A stretch of DNA of 64,000 nucleotides. Source: Trichodelitschia bisporula. Taxonomy: Eukaryota. Made by a program: the position numbers and the translations under genes. Below the pieces are notes generated by a model that did not search any database, was not told the origin of the DNA, and worked only from the letters and a program-made list of their open reading frames with translations. The stretch covers positions 434,001-498,000 of the forward strand of contig ML996703.1 of the NCBI GenBank assembly GCA_010356995.1, read 5' to 3'. Shown here piece by piece: positions 52,591 to 64,000 of this stretch. Within the stretch, counting starts at the first letter, position 1. Each line of letters opens with the position of its first letter.

Positions 52591-54094
52591 CCCTATCAAT
52601 TGCATGCTATGAATAACAATGACCTGTATTGTGTTTGCTTGCATCCTTGAAGTGTTTGTACTCTCTTCGGTCGGTATTTTGCTCCTCGTCTTTGACCCAC
52701 CTTTCACTCTCTCCATCCTGTCAGTCCTCGCGTTTCACATTGTCCAACTGACGGACCAAAACCCCATATATGCGCCTATGCCCTACGGATTGAAACCCGT
52801 AGTACACGGCCTCGAAGGTCCCAGTAATGGAAGGCAGGAAACTGACAGAGGACTGACGTATCCATCCATTCGCCACTCATCAGAAACTGGCGTCTTTCGA
52901 GGTGATTTCAGCGTGCGTTCAGTTACACTTGGTAAGGGTGTGTCCCATTTCTCAGAGTATTTTTTTACTACGACAGACCAACCGCGGGCAAATAATCTCC
53001 TCGTGATCAATGGAGGTAACTGGATCTAGTTTGAGATGTCTGAGCGAGGCTTGATGCCCATTGAGAACCACTTTCCCCGGTCCCTATCTTTGAGCGAGTT
53101 CAATAATAAGCTAAGGCGGCCAGCCGTTTCCGTCAATATCTTACGCCAAATGATAGGTTTTGATAAAAATGGGTGATGGTTATATGCGAGAAAGTGGCAT
53201 ATGGGGCTTCATCATTCTATTTATCCCACATATATGTTTCCAGCGCTTTTTGCTGCGCATCAAACTTCTCCGGTCATGCCAAGTGGAACGCAGGAAATTA
53301 AAATGGCTTATACACTCTAAGCGCCGAAGGAAGACTTGGATAGTTGCTGGGCTGTAGAGAATAGCAATCCTGAAGAGTTGATGTGCCACGATATGGATCG
53401 TTTATTCGGTCAAGATATCTGCTTGGCCTTGGAATTGAATTTTGTAACTGTGGACTGACATCTACTGATACCGCCGTAGGCACTTTCCCGGAATGTCCTA
53501 TTGACATACTATTGAGACTTGACATATTGAGCAAAGGCCAATGTACGGATAGACAATTCTCAGAGATTCTCTCGCCCTCTCTTCTTCCACAGTTCATACA
53601 ATTTCCTTTCGCATCGCTGGTGGCATACATGTCTGTGTGCTGATAGGAACTTTGAACTCTTGAACAACAGACGATTCTAGATTGTGAACGATATCGAAGT
53701 AAGCTAGATGGGTACAAACTAAAAGTGCCAAGAACTGTCCTTTTGTTACAGATGCTGATGGACCGGCGGCTGAGCTCCTGCCTAATTTGGCAGTCGCCAA
53801 GTCCCAAACTTCCCCCAAATGCAGCAAAGCGAGTCGCTAAATTTACCGAAATGGCCTGTGCTCACTCGCCGAATAGTTACCCTTCTTTGTTCTGTTCATC
53901 TTCCACAACCCACATCCTCTACAACACAAACCCTCACCATCCTCAGGCTTTGTCTCTACCAATCTTTGTTCCCACATTCATATACAGCAACCCATCTTTG
54001 TACCCCTCGGAATCGCATCACCAACTCCAACTTGTCAATAGGTAAAAGTGCCGCAATCGAAACCATTAATTCCGCTAACCTCTTATTAGTCGCA

Positions 54095-55448
54095 ATGATG
54101 TCTTATCCTCTGGCTGGGACGGACAACAACGCCGCTTCTGTTGACTTTCGGGTTGCTGGGGCTCAAGATCTCTTTGAGCTCCTATCTGCAATTCTCCCCC
54201 ATGTTCCTGAATGGATCATCTTCGAAATCACTCGCGTCGCGAAGTACGGCAAGGCTGCGACCGATCTGCGGAATTTCATCGAACGCATCCTCAACCTCGC
54301 CGAAGTTCCTGTACATTGTTCCATTCTGGACCATGCCGTCGACCAGGTTTCCAATTTCAAGCGGAATTTCACATTCACTTCGACACAGAGTCGCAGCCGG
54401 GCCTTGAATGTCATTGACAGCGGTGTCACCAACTGCACCGGGATCATCAACATCACCAACAATGTCATTGAAAGCACATCCATCACTAAGGCCAAGCGCC
54501 CCGTCAACTCCTACATGGCCTTCCGCTCCTACTATCGCGTCATGTTCCGGAATCACCAGCAGCGAGACATATCCGGCTTCATGAAAGTCATGTGGGATTC
54601 TGACCCCTTCAAGGCCAAGTGGTCCATCCTAGCTAAGGCTTATTCGACCATCCGCGATGAGGTCGGCAAGACTGCGGCTCCGCTGGCTGGATTCCTTGAC
54701 AAGGTTGTGCCCCTTGTTGGTATTGTTCCTCGCAACATGTATCTGGAAACCATGGGCTGGACCATGTGCCACGACAGCAAGACACTTGCTCGCACTTTCA
54801 TTCCTAACATGGATAACTTTGATGAGATGTATCTCAAGACTGGCATGACCTCCGAGTTCGTTGTCACGTGGTACAAAGCAAAAAAGGACAACCCAGGTAA
54901 GTAGCAGTTGCAGCTTGCTTTTCTGAACGAAACTAACCCATTTCCCCCAGATGCGGTGTTCGAGCGCAAAGTGCATCATAACCCTCCGGACTTTGTCCTC
55001 TCGCCTGCTCTGCGCAAGGAAGCCAATGAGCTTGCGCGCTCAGCTGGCTTTGAAGACTTGTGGGCGTTTAATGCGGCCATGCCCCTTGCGCCCTTCAGGA
55101 ACGCCGCGATGACTGCACAGGCTGAAACCCGAGCTCGTGCCGCCAAAGAAGCTTACGTGCCTACAGAGGTAAGTTGATACACTTCCTTAGTTCTTCGCTT
55201 TCACTTACTAACTGCTCTAGGCTGAACTGAATGAGTCCTTGAAGGACTCTCTGAACAGGATGTCACCTGAGGTCATGCGCCAGGTCGATGCCATTGGAAA
55301 GCGGTTCAGCAGCCCAGAGCTTCTGGATCCCTATCCCGTGATACGGAAGCCACCAACAACTTGGATCACATGTTTGACCCGAACAGTTTTCCTTTCCTCG
55401 AGGACATCCACCAGCCCCCTTTGCGCTAAAGCTTCGAGTCCCAACTGA
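54095..55448 (+). CDS. MAT1-1-1: Mating-type alpha-box transcription factor
   Basis: KRPVNSYMAFRSYY...QQRDISGFMKVMWDSDPFKAKWSILAKAYSTIRD alpha box directly downstream of APN2; introns 54897-54950 and 55169-55220. C-terminus less certain. Confidence 0.93.
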
Positions 55449-56228
55449 TGGAAGTTGGACGGCGTCGAAATAAGTTTGGCGTTTCGGGAGAATGTGTTGT
55501 GTGTGGTGCTTTTTTAGCAGCCCATGTTTGCTTGACGTCTTCAAGGTATGGACTTGGTTCATACTCGCTCAGGTTTTCATACCTCGTCGATGGTGCGTTA
55601 AGCCTGGGGTCTGGTCAATGGTTGGGATATTGAAGCGGATGATTGTACACTATGAATGATTCCCGCGGAACGATGTACTCTAGTTATGTGTGGCCAATGG
55701 AGTGATACAGATCACCTAATTTCAAATGAAGTGCAGCTCATGCCCAGTACGGACTGGTACTATGGCTTTGCTCACACTCCATGTTGTACACAAACTTCAA
55801 CCCTCAGAAACAATGCACTTTGGCCCTTACTTCAGCTTTCGGCATCATGTAAGCAAAGGAGCGAACTCCAAAGATTCTAGAAGCACTTTGGCGCATGCGA
55901 GGTGAATGTATATAGGTAAAGTGCGTATTTCCGCAAAGCTTATTGTTGAGGGTTCGGATCTCCGGTGAGGAGCCCCACGCTGCCTAAGCGTAACCGGATC
56001 ATCGACGCATAGTGATACGAAGTACTCATTCGGCAGGAAAGTCAAATTAGGGGATGGAAAACCTTCTAAGTGTGCCGCTTTACGACCTTATCACACTGAA
56101 AATATCTTCCGAGCATCCAAAATTCCCCAAGCCTCACACCAACCTCACCCAACCTCACCCCGACCCTCAGAAAGCACACGCAGACCTCTTCCCGACAAAT
56201 TCCACACGTACTGAAATTTCTTTTTTTG

Positions 56229-57317
56229 ATGCGCAAAAGCCCCGCTGAAAACATGGACGAACTCGGAGATCCAGAAAATATTACTCGTCTGCTTGATGCA
56301 GTGAGATTACCGGAGGGTCGGTTTGAGCCATACACTCAGCATGTCGATCAGGTGGTTAAGGATGCCTACGCTCAGCTTTTTCCAAATGCGAAGGCCGAAA
56401 ACTCGGCAGCCACGGCAGATAAATCTGATTGCCTCGCTGAAATTTGGAAACTCCAAGAGGGATACAAAACGGAAGTCCTTTCTGTGATATGTACATCTCA
56501 GCCGATGCTCGAAGACGCGCCTGGGTTTTCGCAGTTCAAGGAGGACTTAATGGCTGAAGCCGTGCAGTGCTCGTTTGATCAGTATGTTTATACCTATGTG
56601 GCATGTCTATACTTACGGAACTCAAGGACGAATGCGGACTTGAAGCCGGAACGGCATAATGATATCTACCCTGAAGGCACTACCTCCATGTGCGCAACAA
56701 GACGTTTGTGAATGAGTTCATTCGAGACTACCCTGCCTGGCGTAAAGAGCCTGAGGGTGATCTTGAAGTACTGGCCAGAATCACGGGGAACAATCGTCTC
56801 GCTATCGAAAACTACAGTAAGTAAAACACACTGCCTTCACAAGTTCCCCGTTAGCTATGCTGACGCCCTTGTGTAAAACGTTTTCACTGATATTCCGACT
56901 ACAGTCAGGTCAAAGACTCCCGGGGCGCGCAAAGGGAATGCACATTTGCCGTCCGTAGAAGACCCTATCCGCGAGTATCTTGCAGGCGACTTTTGCGGCC
57001 TGAAGAGAGCTCACCGGAGACAGCTTTTACAGACTGCCGACTTCGACACCATCCGCGCGCTCTATCCAGAGCGCTTCAATACAGATCAAGTCTCTGATTC
57101 TCAGTCCTCCGCCTCGATTAAAACTCCGCCTTTTACCTTTGTAGACCCAGAGATGAATCTCGATGAAATCGAGGTGGAACTACTGGAGAATGGCGAAGAG
57201 GTGGATGTTGACGTGGAAGAGGCCGAGCAGCAGTACCTCGAAGAACACGCTGATGACGACGATGCTTCCTACGGTCTTCAACCCAGCAACACCGACAACC
57301 AGGGAAACAATCCGTAG
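56229..57317 (+). CDS. Orphan 3-exon gene (~301 aa, acidic C-terminus); candidate secondary MAT1-1 idiomorph gene
   Basis: Exons 56229-56581, 56677-56816 and 56905-57317 splice in frame (906 nt); donors GTATGT and GTAAGT; lies between MAT1-1-1 and NVJ2. Confidence 0.6.
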
Positions 57318-58354
57318 GGTAGAGCGAGGCGAAATCTGGAGGACTGACAGATGCACAGTGCGGAGGATCCGGATAGATGGAGACATTGGTTTCCACTCCG
57401 TAGTCAATGTCCGACCCGCAGGTCTGAGAGAGGGAATCTATCTGTACTATCAACCTACTTCGTTCATATCTCCGAGTAACCCGAAAATCCTTTCATGACC
57501 TTTGAAGGAAGAGAAAAGGCACAGCAGAGATGACTGGAATGATGGGCAGACGATGGGATGGACCTCGTCACAGCGATTTATCATTGGGCGATATCCCCGG
57601 ATTGCAGCACACCGCGCTCACTTCATCTGAGCTGAAAACTGCGCCGCGTCCCCAGCCAGGCGAACTTTTAACACCTCCGAGAGGGATTTGTCTACACACT
57701 GGCAAGAGAGAATGCGGTGGTCGGTTCGGAGGGAACTGCTGGCCAGACGCTTATGAAGCCAGCAGAGCTCAGAGTTCACTGTGGCATGAGGGTTAAGCTG
57801 AAATAGTTTGGCCAAGCGATGTCAGGAAGATCGGCTGGAATCCTCGAAGGAAGAAGAAAGGATGGTTGCCGGATTGTGCACTACACGGTGTCTCGCGTCT
57901 CGTCCCTGAACAAAGAAAAGGTGTCGTGCACAAGCTCGCGGAGCCGGAAAAACAAAACAGCCTAGCACAGCTTCACGTGCCTAGGGTAGGCCTCGCTGAT
58001 GTCAATGCCCGGGTTGGCATGCAAGGCGACGTTAACTGGCATCTTCATATCGCTCAGACCTTGGAGCTGAGCTTTCCCATCTCCAGCTTTGTGATATGCC
58101 TCCGTGAACTCTAATACTGTCTTAGTCAGTATCTCAAACTCTCGGCCTTCATGCGGCAAGAACTTTGTTGAATTGGTGGGAGCTCTTCCGGTGGACCAGC
58201 TTGGTACAAATGGGCCCTTGATTTACTCCAGCGGTGACAACTGACACTGATGCCCAGAAGCCAACCGATTCCTCCGTAAACTCATTACAGAGAGTACCCT
58301 CCGCACTCGATTCATGGCGTATCACAGCCCCGAGCTTCCACCTCCACTGAAGCC

Positions 58355-61214
58355 ATGTCATCGTTTGGTGCTTTCATCCTGACCTATCTTCTCGGCGGCC
58401 TCACTTTCATTCCGCTAGTCCTCATAGCTGTGGTGTGCCATGGCTATATCACGTTTCCCATTCGCAAGGGAGACACCGCTTCGCCAGTGGAAGAGACACG
58501 CACGGAACCGGGTGCGTTGGACGCGTCGAAGCTTGAACTTGCGGCCCTTCCCTCAGAAGTAAACGCGCGAGAGCACGAACCGGATGTGGCAGCCGGCTTT
58601 TTTGCGGTTTGTCGCGAATTCATACCAGGCGGCATCAGCGGCAAGCCGCCAGAACGCGGTGCTCCTGCCGGTTCCGCGACTGGCGTGGAGAGCCCAAGTG
58701 TGTATCAGAATATGTATAGAAGCATATTCGAGCGCAACAAGGCGCAGAGTCCTGCTCTCGACGCCTCTAATGACGGGGGGAAGGTTGCCAAGAGGTCCAG
58801 GAACGTCTTTTACGTCGTCCTCAGGTCAGTTCGGTGTGACTACCCTCGGAGCGTCGCTGAGGTGCCATAGACACGGGCATTTAATGCTGTACGATGATGA
58901 CCACCAGCTCGAAGTTCGTCATGTAATTTCTCTTGCACTATACGACATCGATGTCTACGCTGGAGGCGGGGAGATTCCCGAAGGGGAGCTGTGGGTAAAG
59001 CGCAACTGCATTCGACTGCAGCGGAGGAACATCGAGCCAGACATGCATCATGACCCAAAACCATACTTCATGTTCGCAGAGAATTGCTCAGACAAGGAAG
59101 ACTTCTACCATGCCCTTCTTCTGAACCAGGAACGCACTGCCGGAGTGTCCGGTGGACCACCTCGGCCTCAACCACTTTCGTCAAAGGACGTCGTAAAGCT
59201 GGTGCAGCTCTTGCATGCCAGCGAAGAGAACATACAAACCCGGTGGATTAACGCATTGATTGGACGCTTGTTTCTGTCGCTGTACAAGACCGCCGGCCTG
59301 AAGAAATTTGTCCACGGCAAAATTTCGAAGAAGATCTTACGAGTCCAAAAGCCGGCATTCATAACCTCCTTGCAGGTCCGCAACATCGATATGGGCGACT
59401 GCGCGCCACTCATCACCAACCCACGATTGAAGGAGCTAACATTAGACGGCGATCTCACGGTCGAGATGGATGTAAAGTACCACGGCAACTTCAGGCTCGA
59501 GATTGCGGCGGTTGCGCGCATCGAACTCGGGAGCCGATTTAAGGCTCGAGAGGTTGATTTGGTGCTCGCAGGTATTTGCAAGCGGCTCGACGGCCATCTT
59601 CTTGTGAGGATTAAGCCTCCGCCGAGTAATCGCATCTGGATATCCTTCGAGCACATGCCGACGCTGGAAATGTCCATAGAGCCGATTGTCAGCTCAAGGC
59701 AGATCACATATGGCGTCATTCTTCGCGCAATCGAAAGCAGGATCCGAGAGGTAATCGCTGACACTCTTGTTCTTCCTAACTGGGACGATGTACCCTTCAG
59801 CGACACCGCTGCGCAGGCTATCCGAGGTGGAATTTGGATGGATGAAACAGCTAGCCCCCTGTTTTCCTCTGAAAACCTTGTGGGGACGGATGGGGCGGAG
59901 GACGATGTCGCGAAGGGTAGCGTAGATGCGACCCCGAACACAAATGCGGCGGCTTCATCAGACGACCTTCAAGAGCCCCCGACTTCAAGCAGACGGAGAC
60001 GAACGAGCCCAGCTCCCCTCGTGCCTGACGATATCAATATTTCGACAGATACTATAGGTTCGGTTTTGACCGCAACGGGCTCGGAACATTCCGGCGTAAA
60101 ACCCAAGCCAATGAGATCCAGATCGTTTGCTACTACTGCCTCGCCAGTAGTGGACATGGATCCGGCAACGGTACAGGCCATCAAAGATCATGCCCGGAAA
60201 GGCCAAGATGCAGCCTCAGCCATGAAGGACATAAATTTCCGCTCCAATCCGACATCGCCCTTCGAGTCACCAGTTGGGTCTCTCCCTGAGGATGATCCTA
60301 GCAAATCATTCCCCAAGACACACCGTCCATCCGACTCTCCTTCAGAACAGCCACCAAATGCAGATCAATCCGACCTTCCCTCCTACGGTTCTGACGTGGA
60401 CCCCGTTACGCATGGCAAAGCAAAGCGCTCAAACACGTCAGGCAGCTCTGACTCGCCCCCAAAATCCCCTGCGCCATCGACATCAAACAAGCGCCAGCTC
60501 ATAGCAGGTGCTGCCTCTGCAACCATAGCAGCTAAGCGCTGGGGTTTTGACTTGGTCGCAAAGCGTTCAGCCGCCGCTTCGAAACCAGCGCCCGGGCGGA
60601 GCAGTGAAGGCTCCAAAGATACCACCCCGCTCCAGTCGTCGTCATCGCAGGACTCTTTCAAGCCCCTACCCGGCACTGCTAAAGAGCCGCGCACTCAGCC
60701 TCTCGGACGTGGTCAGCCGCTTCCACCGCCAGGCACGCCGCTCCCCGGACCGCCGAGAACGGGGAAGCTAGGCTGGAGTACCCCACTCGCCGGGTGGGCG
60801 AAGAGGAAGCCCGTGCCTGAAGCGGACTCGCAGGCCTCGAAGGCGTTTTCCGAGCGCGCAGCTGAGGAGAGGTCTGAAAATCCCCATGAGCCTGAACATG
60901 TCCTCTCGCCACCTGCCTTGCCTCCGCGGGCAGTGCGCGCATCTTCGTCATCGGCAGATTTTTCACCATCGGTGCCACGCCCAGTCCCTAAGCCGCCACT
61001 GCCGCGGAGGAGGGAACGATCATCGACAAAAGCGTCCGATGCGGACAAGGCTAAGGACGAGGTACTTGTTGTCAAGGCGCCGGAAGTCGACATGGACACC
61101 GATCCTGGAACTCCAGCGACTGCAGAGGAAAACTTGTTTGTTACAGAGCTCGATGACCATTTGAAGGCACTACAGGCGCAAGCGGTGGGTGGATTGGAGG
61201 ATCATACAGAGTAG
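58355..61214 (+). CDS. NVJ2: ER contact-site lipid transfer protein Nvj2/TEX2 (TM, PH, SMP); 1 intron
   Basis: TYLLGGLTFIPL, FYVVLR|HGHLMLYDD (PH), TRWINALIGRLFL and KPPPSNRIW (SMP), VLPNWDD. Confidence 0.88.
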
Positions 61215-61460
61215 TTATGGTCGGATCACATGGAGTATTGGTATTGGAGTTGGGCGTATATTCACAATGTCGGACATTCGATATTAGCACATTTGCATCT
61301 TGTACAAGCCGGTCAATGGCATCAATCAGGATTCGGGTTCAGTCATACATTTGACGCTCAAGATATCATTTTATTCACCGTGTACCTCAACCACGTAAGT
61401 GATCAAGTGAAACCGCAACCTATTCGCCGTGTGCATGTTGAAACCATGGGTGAAGAGCGT

Positions 61461-62209
61461 CTACTCCTCCTCTTCATCACCGGCATCATCATCCTTCTTC
61501 TCCGCAGCCTTGGCCTTCTTTCTACGGACACGGCCAGGGCGGCCGCCACCGAAGGGCGAAGTCAGGGCGAAGTCAATGTGCTTCTGGGAATCCAGGCGCA
61601 CAATGAACGAGGGCACGTTGACGATCTGCTTGCCGACACTAGCAGACTCAGCATTGGGATGTAGAGCGAACCACATAAGACCTACCGGATGTGGCGCTGC
61701 TTGATCAGGACGCGAGCATGGTGGATCGACTTGGCGAGACCGAGCTGGTAGACGCAGGTCTGGAGGCGGCGCTCAAGGAAGTCCTCGACCTTCAGGGCCA
61801 GGACGTAATCGAGCTTCATGCGGTTCTCATCGAGCACACCAACACGGACAAGACGGCGGATGAGCGCATTGCCCTCAAAGAGACGCTTGGGATCCTTCTC
61901 GTCAAGAGTAAGGAGCTGACTGCGGGATGTTAGCTCGACTTCCTTGGAAAACCGCAATTGCAGATGCTCACCGGGCAGCACGACGAATCTTCGACAGGGT
62001 GAGCTGGACGCGCCAGACCTCACGCTTGTTCCGGAGACCGTACTCGCCGACAGTCTTCAACTCGCCGTCCCTATATTTCCATCAATCCATGATCAAACGA
62101 CTTGAGCAGAGCAAGCTCCGTCTCAGTGGCCGAATGAAACGTACAGGCGAGCGGACTCGAAAGGCCGACGAGGGACCTTGTAGGTCTTGGAGTAGCTGCG
62201 CGGCGCCAT
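61461..62209 (-). CDS. RPS9: 40S ribosomal protein S9 (uS4); 3 introns
   Basis: [58 protein letters not shown]. Confidence 0.97.
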
Positions 62210-62521
62210 TTTGTCGAGAACCTACAACGTCGATGAAAGTTGGAGGTCGGGGTTGGCGATGTCGAGGCGAAGTGTTTGGCTTTTCGCGGAGGGAATGGTT
62301 GTGGGCCAAGCCGGGCGCTTGGGCCATGCAGCGCCTCGCTTGCGTGTGGGGCCGAAGTTTTTCCGGCACACCAAACACCGATTCCAACATCCACCAAAAT
62401 CCCGAGTTGTGAACAAGACACCCACTACTAACCCGCTGAGCAGCTGAACTCTGTAAGTTTTTCTCTGTATACGTACTGTCTAAGAAGTTAATAATTATCG
62501 CAAGTCTCGCAACTTCTCACA

Positions 62522-63098
62522 ATGGGTCACTCTGGAGGGTATATTCGACCACGCATTTGAAGCCATCAAAATACTGACTACAACAGTCTTCGGTCCGGTA
62601 CCCGCTATGCCTTCTCTCGGGACTTCAAGAAGCGCGGTGCGATCGCCACGTCCATCTACCTGAGGCAGTACCGGTACGATTTGCGCTCCCCTCCATCAAA
62701 CAGCCGCTCACAATGCTAGGGTCGGCGACATCGTTGACGTCGTCTGCAATGGTGCGGTACAGAAGGGTATGCCGTACAAAGTCTACCACGGCAAGACCGG
62801 CGTTGTCTACAACGTCACCCAGAACGCCGTTGGTGTGATCCTCTACAAGCAGGTCGGCAACCGGTACCTCGAGAAGCGCGTCAACGTCCGCATCGAGCAC
62901 GTCAAGCACTCCCGCTCTCGCGATGAATTCCTCGTCCGTGTCAAGGAGAACGCTGAGAAGCAGCGCAAGGCCAAGGCCGAGGGCACCACCGTTCACCTCA
63001 AGCGCCAGCCCGTCATGCCGCGTGAGGCCCGCACAGTCAGCCTGAAGACAAACTGGCCGGAGACCATCACAGCCGTGCCGTACGAGACGACTATTTAA
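62522..63098 (+). CDS. RPL21: 60S ribosomal protein L21 (eL21); 2 coding introns
   Basis: [52 protein letters not shown]. Confidence 0.97.
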
Positions 63099-63570
63099 GG
63101 GCATATGGGTCGGGCGTTTTGTTTTCTCTACTGGCTTTGAGACTCCGCTACGTGTTTCATCGGCCGGGGGATTCATGAAGGAGTGAAAAGCACGTAGAGG
63201 AAGATTCAGCAGGTTTTCTCCTGGGCTATCAGGGATGCGGAATACCAGTCTGCATGTTCCTCCATGCCTTTTGTTGCCCATGATGCCGCGTACAGTGAAC
63301 CGACCTATCTTGATTTACTTTGGGGATCGGTGCTGCACAAAGGACACTAAATTCGACAGGCGAGAAATTATTCCCAAGCCTTAGGTCACGCCTCCTTGCG
63401 GTAAAAGCAGAAAGACAATATTCCCCCAAAGGAGGAACTCCCGAACCCCGTCGCTCCGATCCACATGAAGATTTCCAAGCCAGGAAATAAACAGATGGCC
63501 CGATCCGAACGCCAATGCAAACAACCCTTAAAGCAGATAACCAAGCAGATTCACCGCTGCCTAGATCATC

Positions 63571-64000
63571 TTACATGATAGCGCATCCACGAGCATTGTC
63601 GTTGGGATCCTTGACAGTCAGGGCAACCCGCGCGGCCTCTGTGAATGCCTCGTTGACGCCACGATTCTTCATCGCAGAACATTCTATATCTCGTAAGCAC
63701 TGGGTCACCGCACAGTAGTCACAACCTACCGAGGTAACGGAGCGCCTTGATCTTCTGAGCCACCTGCAGACCTTGCTTGTACTCTATCATGGGCCGCTTG
63801 GGTTCCGTCGATTCTTCCTGGTCATGGTCCTCGCTCGGCTCGCCCCGGAGATCGCATTTCAGCGCAACCAGAACCAGCTTAACGCCAGGACAGTTCTCAT
63901 CGATCTCGCTCTTCCATTTCGTTTCAATGTTTTCCAACGAATCGGGGGAATCCACCTGCCAGCGTATCAGCACGGCCACTGGTATTCAACAATACATACG
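63571..64000 (-). CDS. RHO3: Rho-family GTPase (Rho3-like), 3' part only
   Basis: SLENIETKW...CPGVKLVLVALKCDLR, RYL|ECSAMKNRGVNEAFTEAARVAL, CAAX end CAIM* (TAA 63571-63573). Confidence 0.85.

Noticed and set aside
53819..54094. N-terminal extension of the MAT1-1-1 ORF from the ATG at 53819
   Set aside because: It contains an intron-like GTAAAA...GCTAAC...TAG and looks like 5'UTR; ATG 54095/54098 is more plausible.
55330..55448. Possible frameshift in the last MAT1-1-1 exon (alternative frame EATNNLDHMFDPNSFPFLEDI looks more protein-like)
   Set aside because: The spliced frame is open to 55448 and there is no homologue here to test against; purely subjective.

Overview
Gene-dense, GC-rich filamentous ascomycete (Pezizomycotina, probably Dothideomycete-like) DNA with short GT-AG introns. 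The left half (1-30 kb) is accessory-like: a beta-flanking-protein homologue, a laccase-type multicopper oxidase, a metallo-beta-lactamase-fold hydrolase, a TOK1-type K+ channel, a Ded1/Vasa-like DEAD-box helicase, a CBM18-containing copper radical oxidase and several secreted or orphan proteins. The right half is the conserved mating-type neighbourhood: SLA2, SLU7, REV3, RIM2, CIA30, an interposed cutinase, APC5, COX13, APN2, MAT1-1-1 (alpha box), an orphan idiomorph-candidate gene, NVJ2/TEX2, RPS9, RPL21 and partial RHO3. The most striking observation is a minus-strand tRNA-Leu(UAG) gene at 19101-19306. It folds into a complete cloverleaf only after removing two spliceosomal-type (GT...CTAAC...YAG) introns, one in the D-loop and one in the T-loop/B box, plus a canonical 14-nt anticodon-loop intron. 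All calls come from manual reading and motif recognition; no database searches were run.
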